A stretch of 62,003 nucleotides of DNA, filler included, from Hausera hauseri (taxonomy: Eukaryota), in the NCBI GenBank assembly GCA_046269625.1. It is 11 parts of 11 records of this genome, joined end to end, with 100 filler letters (N's around TTAATTAATTAA, not from the genome) between each part and the next. Parts side by side here need not be neighbours in the genome. Positions count along the whole stretch, not along the records: positions 22,374 to 27,213 come from JBJURY010417366.1; positions 27,314 to 35,537 come from JBJURY010719879.1; positions 35,638 to 40,227 come from JBJURY010515015.1; 8 more parts are not named here. One strand, 5' to 3'. Positions 25,242-39,021 of the stretch are shown piece after piece (position 1 is the stretch's first letter; every line of letters starts with the position of its first letter). The notes under the pieces are model-generated. The model had not been told where the DNA came from, ran no database searches, and saw only the letters and a program-made list of their open reading frames with translations. A program made the position numbers and the translations under genes.

Positions 25242-26849
25242 GCTCTAGAAAGTAACAGTGTTTTATTTACCGAAGTCCCGTACGCTTGTGTTGTAAAGGA
25301 TGATTTCAAGGGACTAACATGTTCTTTCTGTTTCAAACAGTGATGAATTTTATTGGCTTATGGTTGTTAGATTCATAAATTTAGGAATGTAAAATTGCAT
25401 GCATGTAGTCAGTGTGACAAAAATCATTATTGTGACAGAGAATGTCAGAAAAAAGATTGGAAGTTGCATAAAGTAGAGTGCAAATCTTTTTCAAAAATTG
25501 TTGATTCTAAGTGTTCCGATATCAGTTTGTTGATATTGAGGATAATTAACCGTTATAAAGTTGGATTTCTGTCATAAATAATTTCTAATGCAAAGGTCAA
25601 ATGGAATCCGGCACAGACGGTTATTATAAGTGTTTACTTGTTAACAATTATGGATTTAAGCCGCGGTGTTTAGATGATTTAGTTACGAGTATGATCTCGA
25701 TATTTTATGGTGATTTTCGGATTTTTATTTAGATCTCGATAATGATCAGTGTAACATCACGGAACAGTTTGAAAAAACATGGTTGGAATTACGAACATTT
25801 TTACAAGCCGGTGGCGTCGATATTAATGATTTGACGAGTCAAACAATTGCAAAACAGATTTGTGCAAAGGTAAAATAGTGTTAATGAAGTTTCTTTTGTA
25901 CTCAGTGCAATAAAGCTTTGTTTTAAAATTAAAACATTCACTAGTTTTTATTAAATTAAACGATACATTTTAATGATTATAAAACAATTCATTCTTATGC
26001 AACTCACAGTCCATTATGAACAATTTTGAAATCCAAAATGAAATCAACACGACAATCGGATATGGCTGTTATCTCAAGTATAATCATTACGTTTGTAACC
26101 AACATACATTGCCAATAGTGGATCCGGACTGAACCATTCCTGCTGGCCGAACGCTGTCTATTCGTTTAGTGGGAAAAGGTTGACGCTTCGGTCGATAAAA
26201 CCAATTGGCTTTAATGACCGAATTTACATCAATTATATCGATGCACTCCAATTGCGTCATGATAGACAACAACGTTTGCAGGATCAGTATTTGTTTGACT
26301 GTAAGTGCAGTGCGTGTATGAACGACGAATTGGAACGGGAGATGTCACAGATTTACTGCGATAAGAAGAATTGCAAGGGCTCGTATCTATGGGAAATTGG
26401 AACTAACCATTACCGGTGTGACCAGTGCGACACCGTTGTCGAGTACGGCCTAATGCAAGTGCGACTGGCCATCGTAAAGAGTCTTGTTATGAATATCAAT
26501 GACATGATGGCAGACGATGGTGATTATGGATTGGATACAACATTTCATGTTCATGAACATTGCAGATTATGAAGGTGCCTATGATATTGCTAAACAGGAA
26601 CTCGAACGATACCATCTGGATTCCCAGGCACCGAACACCGGCGGTCTGTATCAACTGCTTATCGGTGAAAAGGCATTCGAATCGGCGATATTTATGCGTG
26701 ATTACGGTGCTGCATATGAAATTTGTCGAATGAAACCCGGTAATTCTTGGATCCACGAACGGCTCGTCAGATTTCTCGGGTCTGAATACCATCCGATTGC
26801 CAGGGCCCATCTGGCTAAATTTCAGAAATTGATGGAGTTTTGCTTTTAG
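25242..26849 (+). CDS. SET and MYND domain lysine methyltransferase (SMYD family), multi-exon
   Basis: MYND CSFC...CSQC..YCDRECQKKDWKLHKVEC; SET NHSCWPNA; post-SET YLFDCKCSAC. GT-AG introns at 25340-25384 (45 bp) and 26078-26118 (41 bp) restore the frame. First exon not located. Confidence 0.88.
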
Positions 26850-27053
26850 TGAAGAAGAATTTTTGTCTCTGCATATTTAATACGAGTCTGTGTTCATTTT
26901 GTCTTTTGATGTTTTTGTGATACTTTCATATTCGGTGGGGTTTATGAATGAGCTTATTCTAATATACATTTTGATAGTTATATTTAGCAATTCGATATTT
27001 TATAACATAATTTTATGATAAAAATCGATTTCCGACTTTATTGACCATATTTT

Positions 27054-27213
27054 GAAATCGAGCACTACTCATTCCGAAATCCAAAACTTCTCATTCCGAA
27101 ATCGAGCACTACTCATTCCGAATTGAACACTACTCATTCCGAATTGAACACTACTCATTCCGAATTGAACACTACTCATTCCGAAATCGAGCACTACTCA
27201 TTCCGAATTGAAC
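27054..27213. repeat. 21-22 bp minisatellite (GAACACTACTCATTCCGAATT), about 7 units, running into the scaffold end
   Basis: Direct tandem copies with no unique spacers. Confidence 0.92.
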
Positions 27214-29659
27214 NNNNNNNNNNNNNNNNNNNNNNNNNNNNNNNNNNNNNNNNNNNNTTAATTAATTAANNNNNNNNNNNNNNNNNNNNNNNNNNNNNNN
27301 NNNNNNNNNNNNNTCCGTCCTGGAAACAGAAGCAATTCTGGCCAACGTTGGAAGGATCGCCCACAGTCCCCATGTTGAGAAGTGGATCACTCATAGGAGG
27401 CCAAGCATCGCACTAAAGCCTGGAGGACCCCGGTCCACCCTACTATACTCCACTGGGACAGAAGGAAAGCTCAACGAAACTAATCCTATAGCCTTTTTTA
27501 GAATTACGGCCCTTATCGGGGCTCATCACAGGGGCAGGCGGTCGACGATGAGGAGATCAACAACCGAATCAAACCAGGATGGTATAGCGGGAACGTGTCA
27601 GAGGTTCACGAATGACCTTGGATGTAAAAACATTCGTCCAACAATGCTCACACAATTTTGTAGTTTTAGGTTGAAATGCCTGTAGCTGTATCTTTGTAGT
27701 CAGTCTGCTCTATGAAACATTCGAGCAGGACCTTTGCTTTGCTCTTGTCAGATCTGTGTTATCAGGCCGGTGCCCTGACAGACTGAAATCATTCCGCTCT
27801 AATTCTACGCACAATTTTCTGAAGGCTTTTGCTGATTCGGGGGCCATTTTTGCCACTTCTTCCCAATATTGTGCACTTTGTTGTAAGTTTAAATATGAAA
27901 GATCGTCAAGAATAAACATTACTTCAGGGCTTAGACCCTGTAGGGCTACCATTTCGTGCTATTTGAACATGATGACAATGTGGCGGTCATTTGAATTCCA
28001 TTGTTAAAGAAAAATACCAGTCATTATTTTATCACGTGCAACGGACTTTGTTTCTGATCGGGATAATATAGAACAAAGTAGAATGGGCGTCTGTTAGGAA
28101 AATAAATACGAATAGCACTGAGGGTACTGAAGAAAATAATTATAAAAACCAAGGTTTAGTTCCATCGCCATTTTTGATCAATGTATCAACACGATGACGC
28201 TTGTTTAACGAAAAGATAATAAATGCCAATAGTATGAAGAAACGGCTACGCGACAGACGTAATGGCCCCGTTCGTCGAAGTTCTAAGAATAAAAATCAAT
28301 CACCAATTCCAACCTCTATGATAACGATTATTGCAGATCAATATCCTACTGAGCCAGTAGAGTCAGCAGCTGATAACATGTTAGACACCGTCTCCGAAGA
28401 GAGTGTAGATGCGGAATTACCTCCACCAATGGCTATACAAGAATTTCCACTCCTTTTACCATCAAATAGTGCAGAATATAGTTCTAATTCAGGCTGATAT
28501 AAAGCTGAATCTCTAATCAAACAATCCTCCAACAAATTTGAAATCATTCCAAAGCAGTTAACAGTTGATTCTTAATCTATTAATATACTCGGTTCATCAA
28601 CATCAACGAAAGAAGAAAGGCAACCATTAGGCAAAATATTTCAAAAATTCGAACGAGATTCAAATGTCGAGAATGACAACCGAGTTTCAAGTTTAACTAT
28701 AAAGGAGTCTCAACTTTCGACGCAACTACTTGACAATATGGTTACATCTAGTACAGTTATTAATCAGACACAAAGCGCGAATTCAAACGCCACTATGCGT
28801 CCTGAACTTGATGAGCTTGGGATGACGTTGGAAAAGAACCTTCGACTCAGTAGGCAAGCCAAACTAGAGAGTGAAAGGTATCAGGCATGGCAACATCACT
28901 ACCGCAGACCAACGTACTGGCACGTTGGATTCAGTTTCCAGTAAAGCCTCAAAAGTAAGTCAGGAAAGTGAAAAGGCATTATCAACATCAGAAATGAGTC
29001 AGTCTTCCTGCTCAGCGGCATTCCCTGGTTTAGAAGAGGACGAATTTGACAATCCAAATTGTTCTCCTATTTTAGCAGCACCACAGGTTCTCGATTCATT
29101 TTGTCTACGAACTAAAACATTCCGATCACTTCACTTGCTTCCATTGGGTATTGATCATCCTGAAGAAGGTGAGTCAATGCCCAAATTTGTGCAGGATACA
29201 TTGAATTTATTCAATCGACGTCAAACACTGGATATTTCAAATTTCTATATCGAAGATGTTATTAGAGAAACACCAAAACCCTTGTCAGAAGTAACCAAAA
29301 CTAGTCTGATTTCATGGGCCAAAGCAACATTCATAGAAGACATCAAATTGATCAAAGGAATACATGGTTTGTTATTCCGGCAAGATGATATTTTGGACGA
29401 AATTCAAGAAGCTCTACAAGATTTACGTTATCAGCTATCAATCAAAAGATGACGTAACAACTATTGAGATCTCTTGGAAGGGTTAAGTGCTTGTTGGGTG
29501 TTCAATTTAGTGACGCAAATTTAGTGACATAATTGTGCAGCTGGATGAGGATAGTTATCAGGTTATTACCGATGATAGTGGCCAAATGTATTTGGCTCCA
29601 GTTAGTCAGACAAACGTTTCATCAAGTATTGCCGTTTCTCAAACCTTGACAGCAGTGGA

Positions 29660-29970
29660 ATAACATATCTTTGTCCATCTTGTCCGCAGCCGCATCAAAA
29701 CGCTAATGCGTGCACGAAACATATGCGTGAGAAGCATTTCGTCAAAGTCTACACTTTTCTTCAGTGCGAGCCATTCTATGAAACACTGAGTTAATTATTT
29801 TTACATGCCCGACGGACTCATGTCGATCCCAAAAAACCGAAAAAGAACATCGGAAATTTCAAATTTCATTATCCCGATTGTAATTATATGACGAATAATG
29901 CGGAATAATGGAACATCATAGGCGGGTCAATACGAGTGTGAAACCGTTTCCTTATAATATCTGTAAAAAC
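29660..29970 (+). pseudogene. Decayed C2H2 zinc-finger array
   Basis: YLCPSCPQPH...CTKHMREKH, further degenerate fingers and a KPF linker; stops present. Confidence 0.55.
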
Positions 29971-30429
29971 AGTCGAACATCGAGAAACGTTCAAAGCGTT
30001 TAATAATAGACAATCCATACGCACGCAATGAATATTCACCAGCATCAAAGATATCATCAGATTTTATAACTAATTCTTTCAATAACAATAATGCCTCCTT
30101 GTATGTCTCATCATTCTCTAGCGATACTCACGTTTCACAAGAATCGAGCATTCGCAGTTCCACACTTACATGTCAGTCTCCGACAACGGTTACAACAATA
30201 ACAAAACCGATTACGACTCCGACGAAATCCACCGGTTTTCTTAATAAATTCAAATCGTTAAGCACAAATAAAACTGAAAATTAAAGAAGACAAAAAATCC
30301 AAATCTTCAATCTATGCAAAAACTACTAAGTCGAACAAAACCAAGAACCAAGTTGGTCAGATAAGGCGTATTTCAAACGAATATTCTGCTGCCACATACA
30401 AAGTAAGCTTATTCATTACCAATTTTGAC

Positions 30430-33400
30430 GTGTTTTGCAGCCTTACAGTCTCCCCTTTATCCGCTCCAGATATTTATGTGCGACTGCCCATTAAGACTGA
30501 TGAACCTCGATTCATTAAACGCAATAAAACAAGTAAGAATTTGGCCATCCCGCATTTTGCTGCACGCCCCGTCGAGGCGGAAGTCCGAGCGCCAACCCTG
30601 CTCCGGTCGGTCGGACGGCGCCTTCGGCGTTGGCCCCACATTATGCCCCCAGGCGCACCACTGCTTCCACTTCCATTTTCTTTTTTAACAATATACATAT
30701 ATACACCCTCAATACATCATACCCACACATTCCAACCCTTCATACCTCTATTTCTCTTACTCAATTCTTCCAATTTTTATTTCACCCATAACGGAGCTAT
30801 CATACATCTCAACGGAAATCCACCTAGTTTCTCAAATCACACTTGCTTCAACATACATTTCTGTATCCGTGGTGGAATGAATTCTCCGCTAATTACTGAC
30901 ACGACGGATACAACCACCACAAAAAGGCAATACCCATTCTCTACTACTCTAGACCAAACCATCTACCTACTTCAACCAATGCAAATTCTTCTCACAAAAA
31001 TTCTATCAATATTTCTTGGCATTTCGCTGAATACTTTATAGGTAATGAAAAGTCCAGCAAAACTTGGCTCCACTTCCATCAACTCTGGTTAAAGTCCAAC
31101 GGTATCACAGACTCGTTATCCAAAGCCCATAACCTAGTTTATCTTTTACGAAACTCTATAAAGTCCTCAATTCATAACTTACTCGACATCTTTCAACACT
31201 CTGACCCTTACACCCAATCGTTCGACTCTGTATTAAAACAGACAGAACCATCAATTGACTCCATAATGCAACGCTTTTTTAATGAAAACGCAATGGGGAC
31301 ACAAAAACCCAGTGACTTCCTAGGCACCTCATTGGCTCACTTGCGTACTCTCGGCGTCACTCAGGAACACAACCCAGATCTACTGCGCCACTATTTTCTT
31401 AACGCGTTACCTATCCAAATCCGGGCCCTCCTTACCGTGGTTGGAGACTCCACGGTGCTTGACAAACTGGCCGAATTAGCTGATAGGATATACGATGTCC
31501 TACACGTAAATTCTCCACCAGTCGTTTCAGCAGCAGTTGCCGCTAACGATAATACATCTATAGAACAACAACTTAATCAACTACGTGCTGAAAACCTTGC
31601 ACTACATGCAACAATCAACAACATCAATAATAAATTGAACGAATTGTCTCTGTCCTGACGAGGGGGTTTTTCCGACGACCGCACCCGTTCTGCGTCAAGA
31701 AACCGCTTACCATCGCCTGCGCGTTCGTCGATCTACTATTACCACAGCAGATTTAACACTAATGCTCAGAAGTGCTGCCTATGCTGAAAGTTGTATAATA
31801 AGAATTTTTCCTCGGACACCAATGTCTGCATCTACCGTGCAAGGTTCAAAAATCAGGCACGTAGATGTATTCCAGGCTGCACTTTCAAATCCAATACGAA
31901 CGACGGACGTACTGTCTTTCCTTCTCATAGTCGTCCTAATTCACTTTTCCAAAAAAACTAAATTCGTCGCCAGCAGTCACAGCAAACTCTGGCAATGGCA
32001 ATACCTCACATTCTGAACGCCAACACGTTTCTCTTGCTGTCTTTACGCTAAAGGCTGCAATCACTGCTCCTACAACGCAATCTGTTGACTTTCTCATTGA
32101 TACAGGTTAAGCGATTTCTTTATTACCACAAACCTTTTCCGCACAAAATACTGCATTTAAGATCAAATCATTATACACTGCTTCAGGCCAACCGCTGCTC
32201 ATTTCTGGCACAGCTAAATTATCTTTCATCTTACCAAATTTCTCCTTACCGCTCCACTGGACGTTCACAGTCACTAACGTCCAGTCGGCAATTCTAGGAT
32301 CTGACTTTCTATCACATTATAATCTACTGGTTGACTGCAGTCAACGACGTTTGAGGAACGGCACCACTGGCCGCATTTCTGGACATGTAAATAGCATTTC
32401 GACAACCGTGCAGTCGGCCGGAATGCGGAAGTCAATCTTAAAAAAAAGCCAGCGAATTATTTGATTTTTTATAATAATAATTCCATTCGAAAATTTTTAA
32501 ATAATAATACTGATATTCGATTGAAGTTCAATGTCGATAATTGTGGTACTGCCACCAACGCTAACTCATTCGACGAAAATACCTCAGCCAACACTATTTT
32601 CAATTCAACCATCTTACACCAAATACCACTTGACTGCACATCACCTAACAACTCACAAATCGCATCTGCTACTACTTAAGCCGTTTCACCACTTTCACCG
32701 AATCTCTCAGAGTTACCTACAACTTTACAATAGTTCGTCAATACATCATGTCCACGCGTACTCAAAAAAGACCGTACGTTTACTCCCGCAAAAGGCACTA
32801 TGCACCACATAATCACAGAGCACCAACGTCCAATACGCCAAAAGGTACGGCCTCTGTCACCTCGTCGCAGACAGAACGTAGAAGCCGAATTTCTTGAGCT
32901 AGAACGTTCCGGCATAGTACGTCGTTCCAGATCTCCTTGGTCATCACCGTTACACGTTGTACAAAAAAGGACGGTACTTTTAGACCATGCGGTGACTACC
33001 GGCAGCTAAACAACTTGACTATCATGGACGCGTATCCTTTACCATTCATCAAGGATATCCTGCATCGTCTTAATTCAACCACCATTTATTCAATTATTGA
33101 TTTAGCTAAGGCATACCATCAAACACCGGTAGCACCCAAAGATATAGAAAAAACCGCAGTAACTACGCCTTTTGGCCTCTATGAATATCTATTTATGCCA
33201 TTCGGTTTGCGGAATGCCACACAGCCTTTTCAGCCGCACATCGATTCAATTCTTTCCAATTTGTCGTTTGCACACCCTTATATTGACGAACTTCTAGTCG
33301 TTTCATCTTCGACCAAACGACATGAAGAACACCTTCGCGCAATATTCCAACGTCTTAACCACCATAATCTCCAAGTCAATTTCGACAAATACCAATTTTT

Positions 33401-35537
33401 CAAAAAGCGCATTAACTTTTTAGGCCACGTTATCACACCAGACGGTCATTCTCCCCAATCAGACCGAGTCGAAGCTCTTAAAAACATCCAGTTGCCACGT
33501 ACGGCCACCGAAATGCTTAGCTTCCTTAGCACACTCCACTTTGTACATGAAAATGCACCATATTGCTCGGAATTGACAGCACCATTCTCACACCTAAGAG
33601 GCGGGAAAAAACATCAGCCAATCCAGTGAACACCTGAATTGGTTGACAAATTCGACAAGCTACGCGAAGGCATCAAAACCGTAGATATTCTAGACTTTCC
33701 CAAGCCTGACGCAGAACTCATCCTTACTACAGACGCGTCAACCACTGCTGTAGGCCCTGTACTCCACCAAATCCACAAGGGAGAAAACCAACCATTAGAA
33801 TTTTTCTCTCGCAAGCTAACAGCACTTAAAACCAGATATTCCACGTTTGACTGAGAACTATTGGCAATCGTTCTCGCTTTAAAGCACTTCTCACACCTAC
33901 TTGTTGTTCGTCATTTCACTCTACAAACAGATCACAAGCCTTGAAACATCCTTCCACACACCAAGAACGATAAATATCATACTTATCGACATGTAACTTC
34001 AATATTAAACATATTAACGGTGATAACAATTTAGTTGCTGATTTTTTATCTAGGTCGGTTAGTTCAATTAATTTTTCGCCAATCCTTACGCAAGACCAAC
34101 TTCAACAGAACCAGCCACCTCAAGACATGCGTAAGCCTTTGAAATCTTGCATAACCGTTGACGGCGTGGCTTTAGACACCTCCAAACCAGGCCATTCCGT
34201 AATATTTCTCGCACCATCATTGCAAAGGCAAGCATTTCATAGCGTGCATTCTTTACACCATCCTGGTGCTAAAGCCACCTTTCGTCTCCTCCATCGACAA
34301 GTAATATAGCCGTCAATGCGTTTTGATGTGTAGGCATGGGTTAAGGAGTGCGTGGCTTGCCAAAAATACAAAACAACTAAGCATTTAAAGCCACCACTAT
34401 TCCATTTTCCCTGCACATCGCGTTTCGAGTCCGTGCATATCGACATCGTTGGCCATCTTCCTCGAGACAACGGTCATTAATTCAATCTCACCATGATGAA
34501 CCGTTCTTCGCCATGGCCAAAAGCCATCCCTCTGCGGAGCGCAAACACCAACACCATAGCTGACGTTTTCATTCGCACATGGATTAGCAGGTTTGGATCA
34601 CCTCGCTTCATCACCACGGACAACGGTCCACAGTTTGAGTCCAACCTGTTCAAATCCCTTGCTAACCGATTTGGAATCCCCACATACATATTACGCCTTA
34701 TCATCACCAATTGAATGGCTTTCTAGAACGTTTCCACAGAACATTGAAAACGTCACTACGAATCCTCGCAGAGTCCAACAGTAGTTGAACGAATCTTCTT
34801 CCGTTCGTTCTGCTCGGCTGGCAAAACACTCCGTCCAATTCTATAGGATTCTCACCTACTGAAGCCTTATTCGCAGCTCCTGTTCGATCATTATTCGAAC
34901 TAACCGCCCTAGACGAAACTCCCACGGATGAGACGATACGGGTGGCGCAAAATCACTTCGTCGAGGTCAGTAAAGATTCGTTCTGCAGGATACACCAAAG
35001 ACGAAACATACTTACATGAAGATTTGTACACGGCTAAATTCGTATGGCTGAAGAATGAAGCTCCTTGCGGTTTCCAGGCACGGTACCTGGAGCCTTATAA
35101 ACTGTCACAACTACACTTGCATAACGCCATCATCTCCAAATACGGCAAAGACTTCACAGTACACATCACCAACTTAAAGCCCGCTTTCTTTGTAGACGAC
35201 ACTTTACCAACCGACATATCAACTTCTTTTCTTACTTCTCCACTCCCTACTGTCACTACATCTATTGCTACACCACTTCCATCTTCCTCCTCCGCGCCTA
35301 GTCTTAATCCATCATTTCCTACACTTTCTACTTCTATTCCTACCACTACTTCTGTATCATCTTCCTCTTCAACTCTTTACTCAACACAATTCCAATCTCT
35401 ACTCCAACCTTTTTTTCTCTTACTTTATCCGTCACTACACCTTCCATCACTCCTTCGCCTTCTAACACTCTTCTCAATACCTCTAACCATCCGCCTTCAA
35501 CAATCACTCTTCCTTCTTCACCTTCTTCTTTTCTTTA
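30430..35537 (+). mobile_element. Near full-length decayed Gypsy (CsRn1 clade): UBL-gag-PR-RT-RNaseH-IN-S/T/P tail
   Basis: UBL ending CIRGG at 30876; gag; AAAAAAC-TAA 31952-31961; FLIDTG; RT SPWSSPLHVV/KKDGTFRPCGDYRQLN/MPFGLRNA; RNase H TTDAST/PLEFFSRKL; integrase HSLHHPG, CVACQ, ITTDNGPQFES. Confidence 0.93.
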
Positions 35538-35692
35538 NNNNNNNNNNNNNNNNNNNNNNNNNNNNNNNNNNNNNNNNNNNNTTAATTAATTAANNNNNNN
35601 NNNNNNNNNNNNNNNNNNNNNNNNNNNNNNNNNNNNNTTTATTATATAGTTGTATTTAATGTTTTTAGTTTAAAGTTAACATTTACTTTGAT

Positions 35693-36430
35693 TTGTTTAA
35701 ATTTAGTAATGTTCACAATATCCCATGTACTGCGTCTCTCACACATGAGGTGGATCAGTGCCATCAAGAGATGGCGAAATATTACAAAATTGGCACGGAC
35801 ACATATGTGTGTCCAACGTGTGACGTTCCAACCCGAGGTGCGCAAGCATCATCTCGGACCGTTTACTCGGTTTATGAAGTAGTGATTGTGCATTGCTCCA
35901 TATACCCGCGATACCGTAGTAGCAGTAGAGTGGATGACGTTGATGGTTGCCATAGTGTAATGGTGCAGTACTATGGCACCACAACGATGCACGGTAAACG
36001 GGCCTGCGTTTGTCCCTGTTGTTCTATAGTTGATAAAATCAACTATGAACAATTTTATAATGAGCACAAGAACCACTTGAACCAGTTTCAGCGGCCAAAA
36101 AAGGAAATGGTGATGGAAACAAAAAAAACCAGTATCCCTTCAACAAGCATGAAACGTCAAGCAACCACACGTCTTGACGAATACATCCAAAACAGTGCCG
36201 AGCAGCAGCAGCAGGAACCTTCCATTACTGTCAAGTACGATATAAACAAATCGTACGTGGACATGAAAGTAAACATGTCGGAGACAACAACACTACAGCT
36301 GAAGCATGTTCCGTCCAGTGTGAGAAGCCGGTTGGAATTAGAGGTGGAGAAATTCAAACGCAACAACTGCAAAGTGCAATATTATGCCCTTGCAGAATTT
36401 GAAAACGTTGAATGTGACAGAAAACAATAG
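35693..36430 (+). CDS. Uncharacterised Cys-containing ORF immediately upstream of pPolB (possibly its N-terminal part)
   Basis: 245-aa open frame with CPTC and CPCC; it runs directly into the polymerase remnant. Confidence 0.45.
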   Translation: MFKFSNVHNIPCTASLTHEVDQCHQEMAKYYKIGTDTYVCPTCDVPTRGAQASSRTVYSVYEVVIVHCSIYPRYRSSSRVDDVDGCHSVMVQYYGTTTMHGKRACVCPCCSIVDKINYEQFYNEHKNHLNQFQRPKKEMVMETKKTSIPSTSMKRQATTRLDEYIQNSAEQQQQEPSITVKYDINKSYVDMKVNMSETTTLQLKHVPSSVRSRLELEVEKFKRNNCKVQYYALAEFENVECDRKQ

Positions 36431-39021
36431 TTTCTGTCACATCGAGCCGTACCGTATTCGGAAGATTTTATTGCCCATGTAGGCGAAAAGTTGGATGGGA
36501 AAATTGCCACTATACTGAAAAGGGTATTGGATGCCGAATTATACGAATTGTCACACTCGGCTTTATCATAACAAAGTCGAGTCACATGGTATATTTGTCT
36601 GGATCGTCATTCATACCGACACCTGAATCTCTAAAACAGTCTCTGGCGGTAGTGAATGTACAAAATACTGACGATGAATACTGTTTTCTGTACAGTATTC
36701 TGGTTGTATTGAAGTACACGAAGTGAACAGATATCATGCAAATCGTCCAAATCAGTATCGGCAGTATTTTTCCTAATTGCAATTTGATAAATTCTGGATG
36801 CGCATGAAACTGCAAACCATTCCGGTTTTTGAACAGCGTAATCCAACGCTGTTAATCAACATTTTCCGGTACAACACAATAGTTGAAATACCAGAATACG
36901 AAGAAATTTATAATTACCCCCATGTGGACATAATTTATCGCAGTCGGAACCCGAATGGATACAAGGTAAATTTGTTGCTGTTGGAGCAGGCCGAAAAATT
37001 TCATTACGTGTCAGTGACAAATGTGGATAAACTGTTGAACATGGAGCATAAAGAGTTCATCAAAAAGCGTGTACAGTGCAAATGGTGTCCCGTGTGACTG
37101 CATGGATTCAGGTCAAATGAGACATGGGAAAAGCATGTGGCTCTGTGCAGACAAACTTTGTCAGAAACCACAGTGTATGTTATGCAAGTCAAAAAGGAGT
37201 TGAGATTCAGTGACTGGTCAAAAACGGACAGTCCTGCATGTGTTGTGTATGCCAATATCGAAGCAATTCTACCACGGCACAATGCATACGATCAAAAAAG
37301 TTCCAATTGCCGTCGGTATGTTGTTAGTACCAATAAAAGCCGCCGGGCAACCGCAGTATTACGTTTTCCATGGTTGAAACTGTGTACGCATATTTCCATA
37401 TGACCTTGCAACATCATATGAGCAATTCCGAACAGCAGAGGAAATACCGCCGCGATGCACGTATATCGCAAAAGATGAATATCGGAGAGCACAAGAATCT
37501 TGGACAGAACTGGGCTGTAAAAACATGTTGGATTACATGCTCCAGTATCTTAAACTGGACGTGTACTTATTAGCAGACGTGTTCGAAGCATTTCGGACCA
37601 AAGCACTGGACAAAGATATGTTGGAGCCACTCAACTTTTATTCCATACCGCGAAAGAGTTGGGCGTCAGCTCTAATGTCACTGGATCGATATAAATGTAC
37701 CGAATATTTGATGTTGGTATTCGCGGCGGAATGACATTTGTCAACAATATAAGGTCCGTGCTACCGATATCACATCACTGCTGTATATTGATGTTAATAA
37801 CCTGTACGGCCGGGCGCCTTCGCAACCCATGAAGTACGGTTTATTTGAATGGGTAGTCGACAGCGAAGATCTGGACAACATAATAATCAATCTACCATGA
37901 GCAGACATGGCAGGCTCAGTCAAATACCTAATGGCGGTCGATCTCGAGATACCATATGAGCTGCATGACGTTTTGGACGATTTGGCGGTCGCACCGTTTA
38001 ATCAATGTCCACCAGGCTCAAAAGTGAAGAAACTGCTCATGTCGCATGAACCGAAGCTGAATTACGTGGTCTACTGGCATCTAATACAGTTCTACATGAA
38101 GCTCGGTGATCGAGTCACAGCTGCATTGTGAAATCCAATTTGCTCAGATTTTTATATTCAAGGCGTACATAGACGGAAATTCGGAGAAACGAGCCGCAGC
38201 TTGAACAAAGTTCGAAAAGGACTACAAGCCGAAAAGCAATTCCCTGTACGGAAAAACAGTGGACATCTGAAAAAGCGGCTCAATGTGCGCTTATGTAACT
38301 CGGAAAAGCGGCTGGTTACGCATACCAGCAAGGCATAGTTTCGGCGGTCAATGCATATTGCGGATGAATTGATTGCGGTGCTGTTAAACAGGGAAGAAGT
38401 ATTACTGGATCGGCCAAGTTACGTGGGACAAGTGGTATTGGACCTGAGCAAGTTGCGGATGTGTGAGCTGCAGTATCGCGATTTGGCACGTCACCGGCAA
38501 ATGTTTGGCGGAATCAAGATTAATATAATTTCCGGTGACATAGTTTTTTCTTGGAACTGGAAAACGTCAATCGACAACAGCTACTGCAGCAAATGCATTC
38601 AGATGAACTACTACACAAATTCAGCTACTCACCGGGTTATCCGTTGTACAACAGCGCGATTACCAATAAAATCGTCTGCTTCAAGGCTGAAAGTGAAGAT
38701 CGTGTCCGGTATCGGGAATGGATATTCCTACGCCCAAAGTGCTAGTCTTCTGACGGACTGTGGACGGAAGATGCGGGCAAAAAAAGTCCAGCTGAGACAG
38801 GCGGAAATCGGTTACGGTGACTATCGTCATATATATGAAGCAGCAGCAGCAGCAGAAGGAGGACAATCAGTGGCTGTTGTGTCTCAAACGATCATCTGAT
38901 CAATTGAGCACCACCTGTATACAATAACTAATGCGAAAGTCGCTTTGCCATGTAACGATGATAAGCGAAAGTGGGTGGAGTGAAATAAGAGTTGGGCGTA
39001 TGGACATTGGAGGTTGAAATA
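36431..39021 (+). pseudogene. Maverick/Polinton (adintovirus-type) protein-primed DNA polymerase B, decayed and internally deleted
   Basis: GSSFIPTP..VVNVQNTDDEYCFLYSIL, VYANIEAIL (ExoI), YLKLDVYLLADVFEAFR, IRGG, YIDVNNLYG, NSLYGKT, YVGQVVLDLSKLRM, FLRPKC and DDKR...AYGHWR. Confidence 0.93.

Noticed and set aside
27054-27213. CRISPR-like periodic repeat
   Set aside because: Units are contiguous with no unique spacers, there are no cas genes, and the context is eukaryotic; it is a minisatellite.
27500-27532. Possible hammerhead ribozyme on minus (TGATGAGCCCCGATAAGGGCCGTAA)
   Set aside because: The core deviates (no CUGAUGA, GTAA instead of GAAA) and stems I/III could not be built; at most a decayed relic.
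28201-29452. Ser/Thr-rich ORF chain upstream of the zinc fingers
   Set aside because: Broken by stops and without a diagnostic motif.
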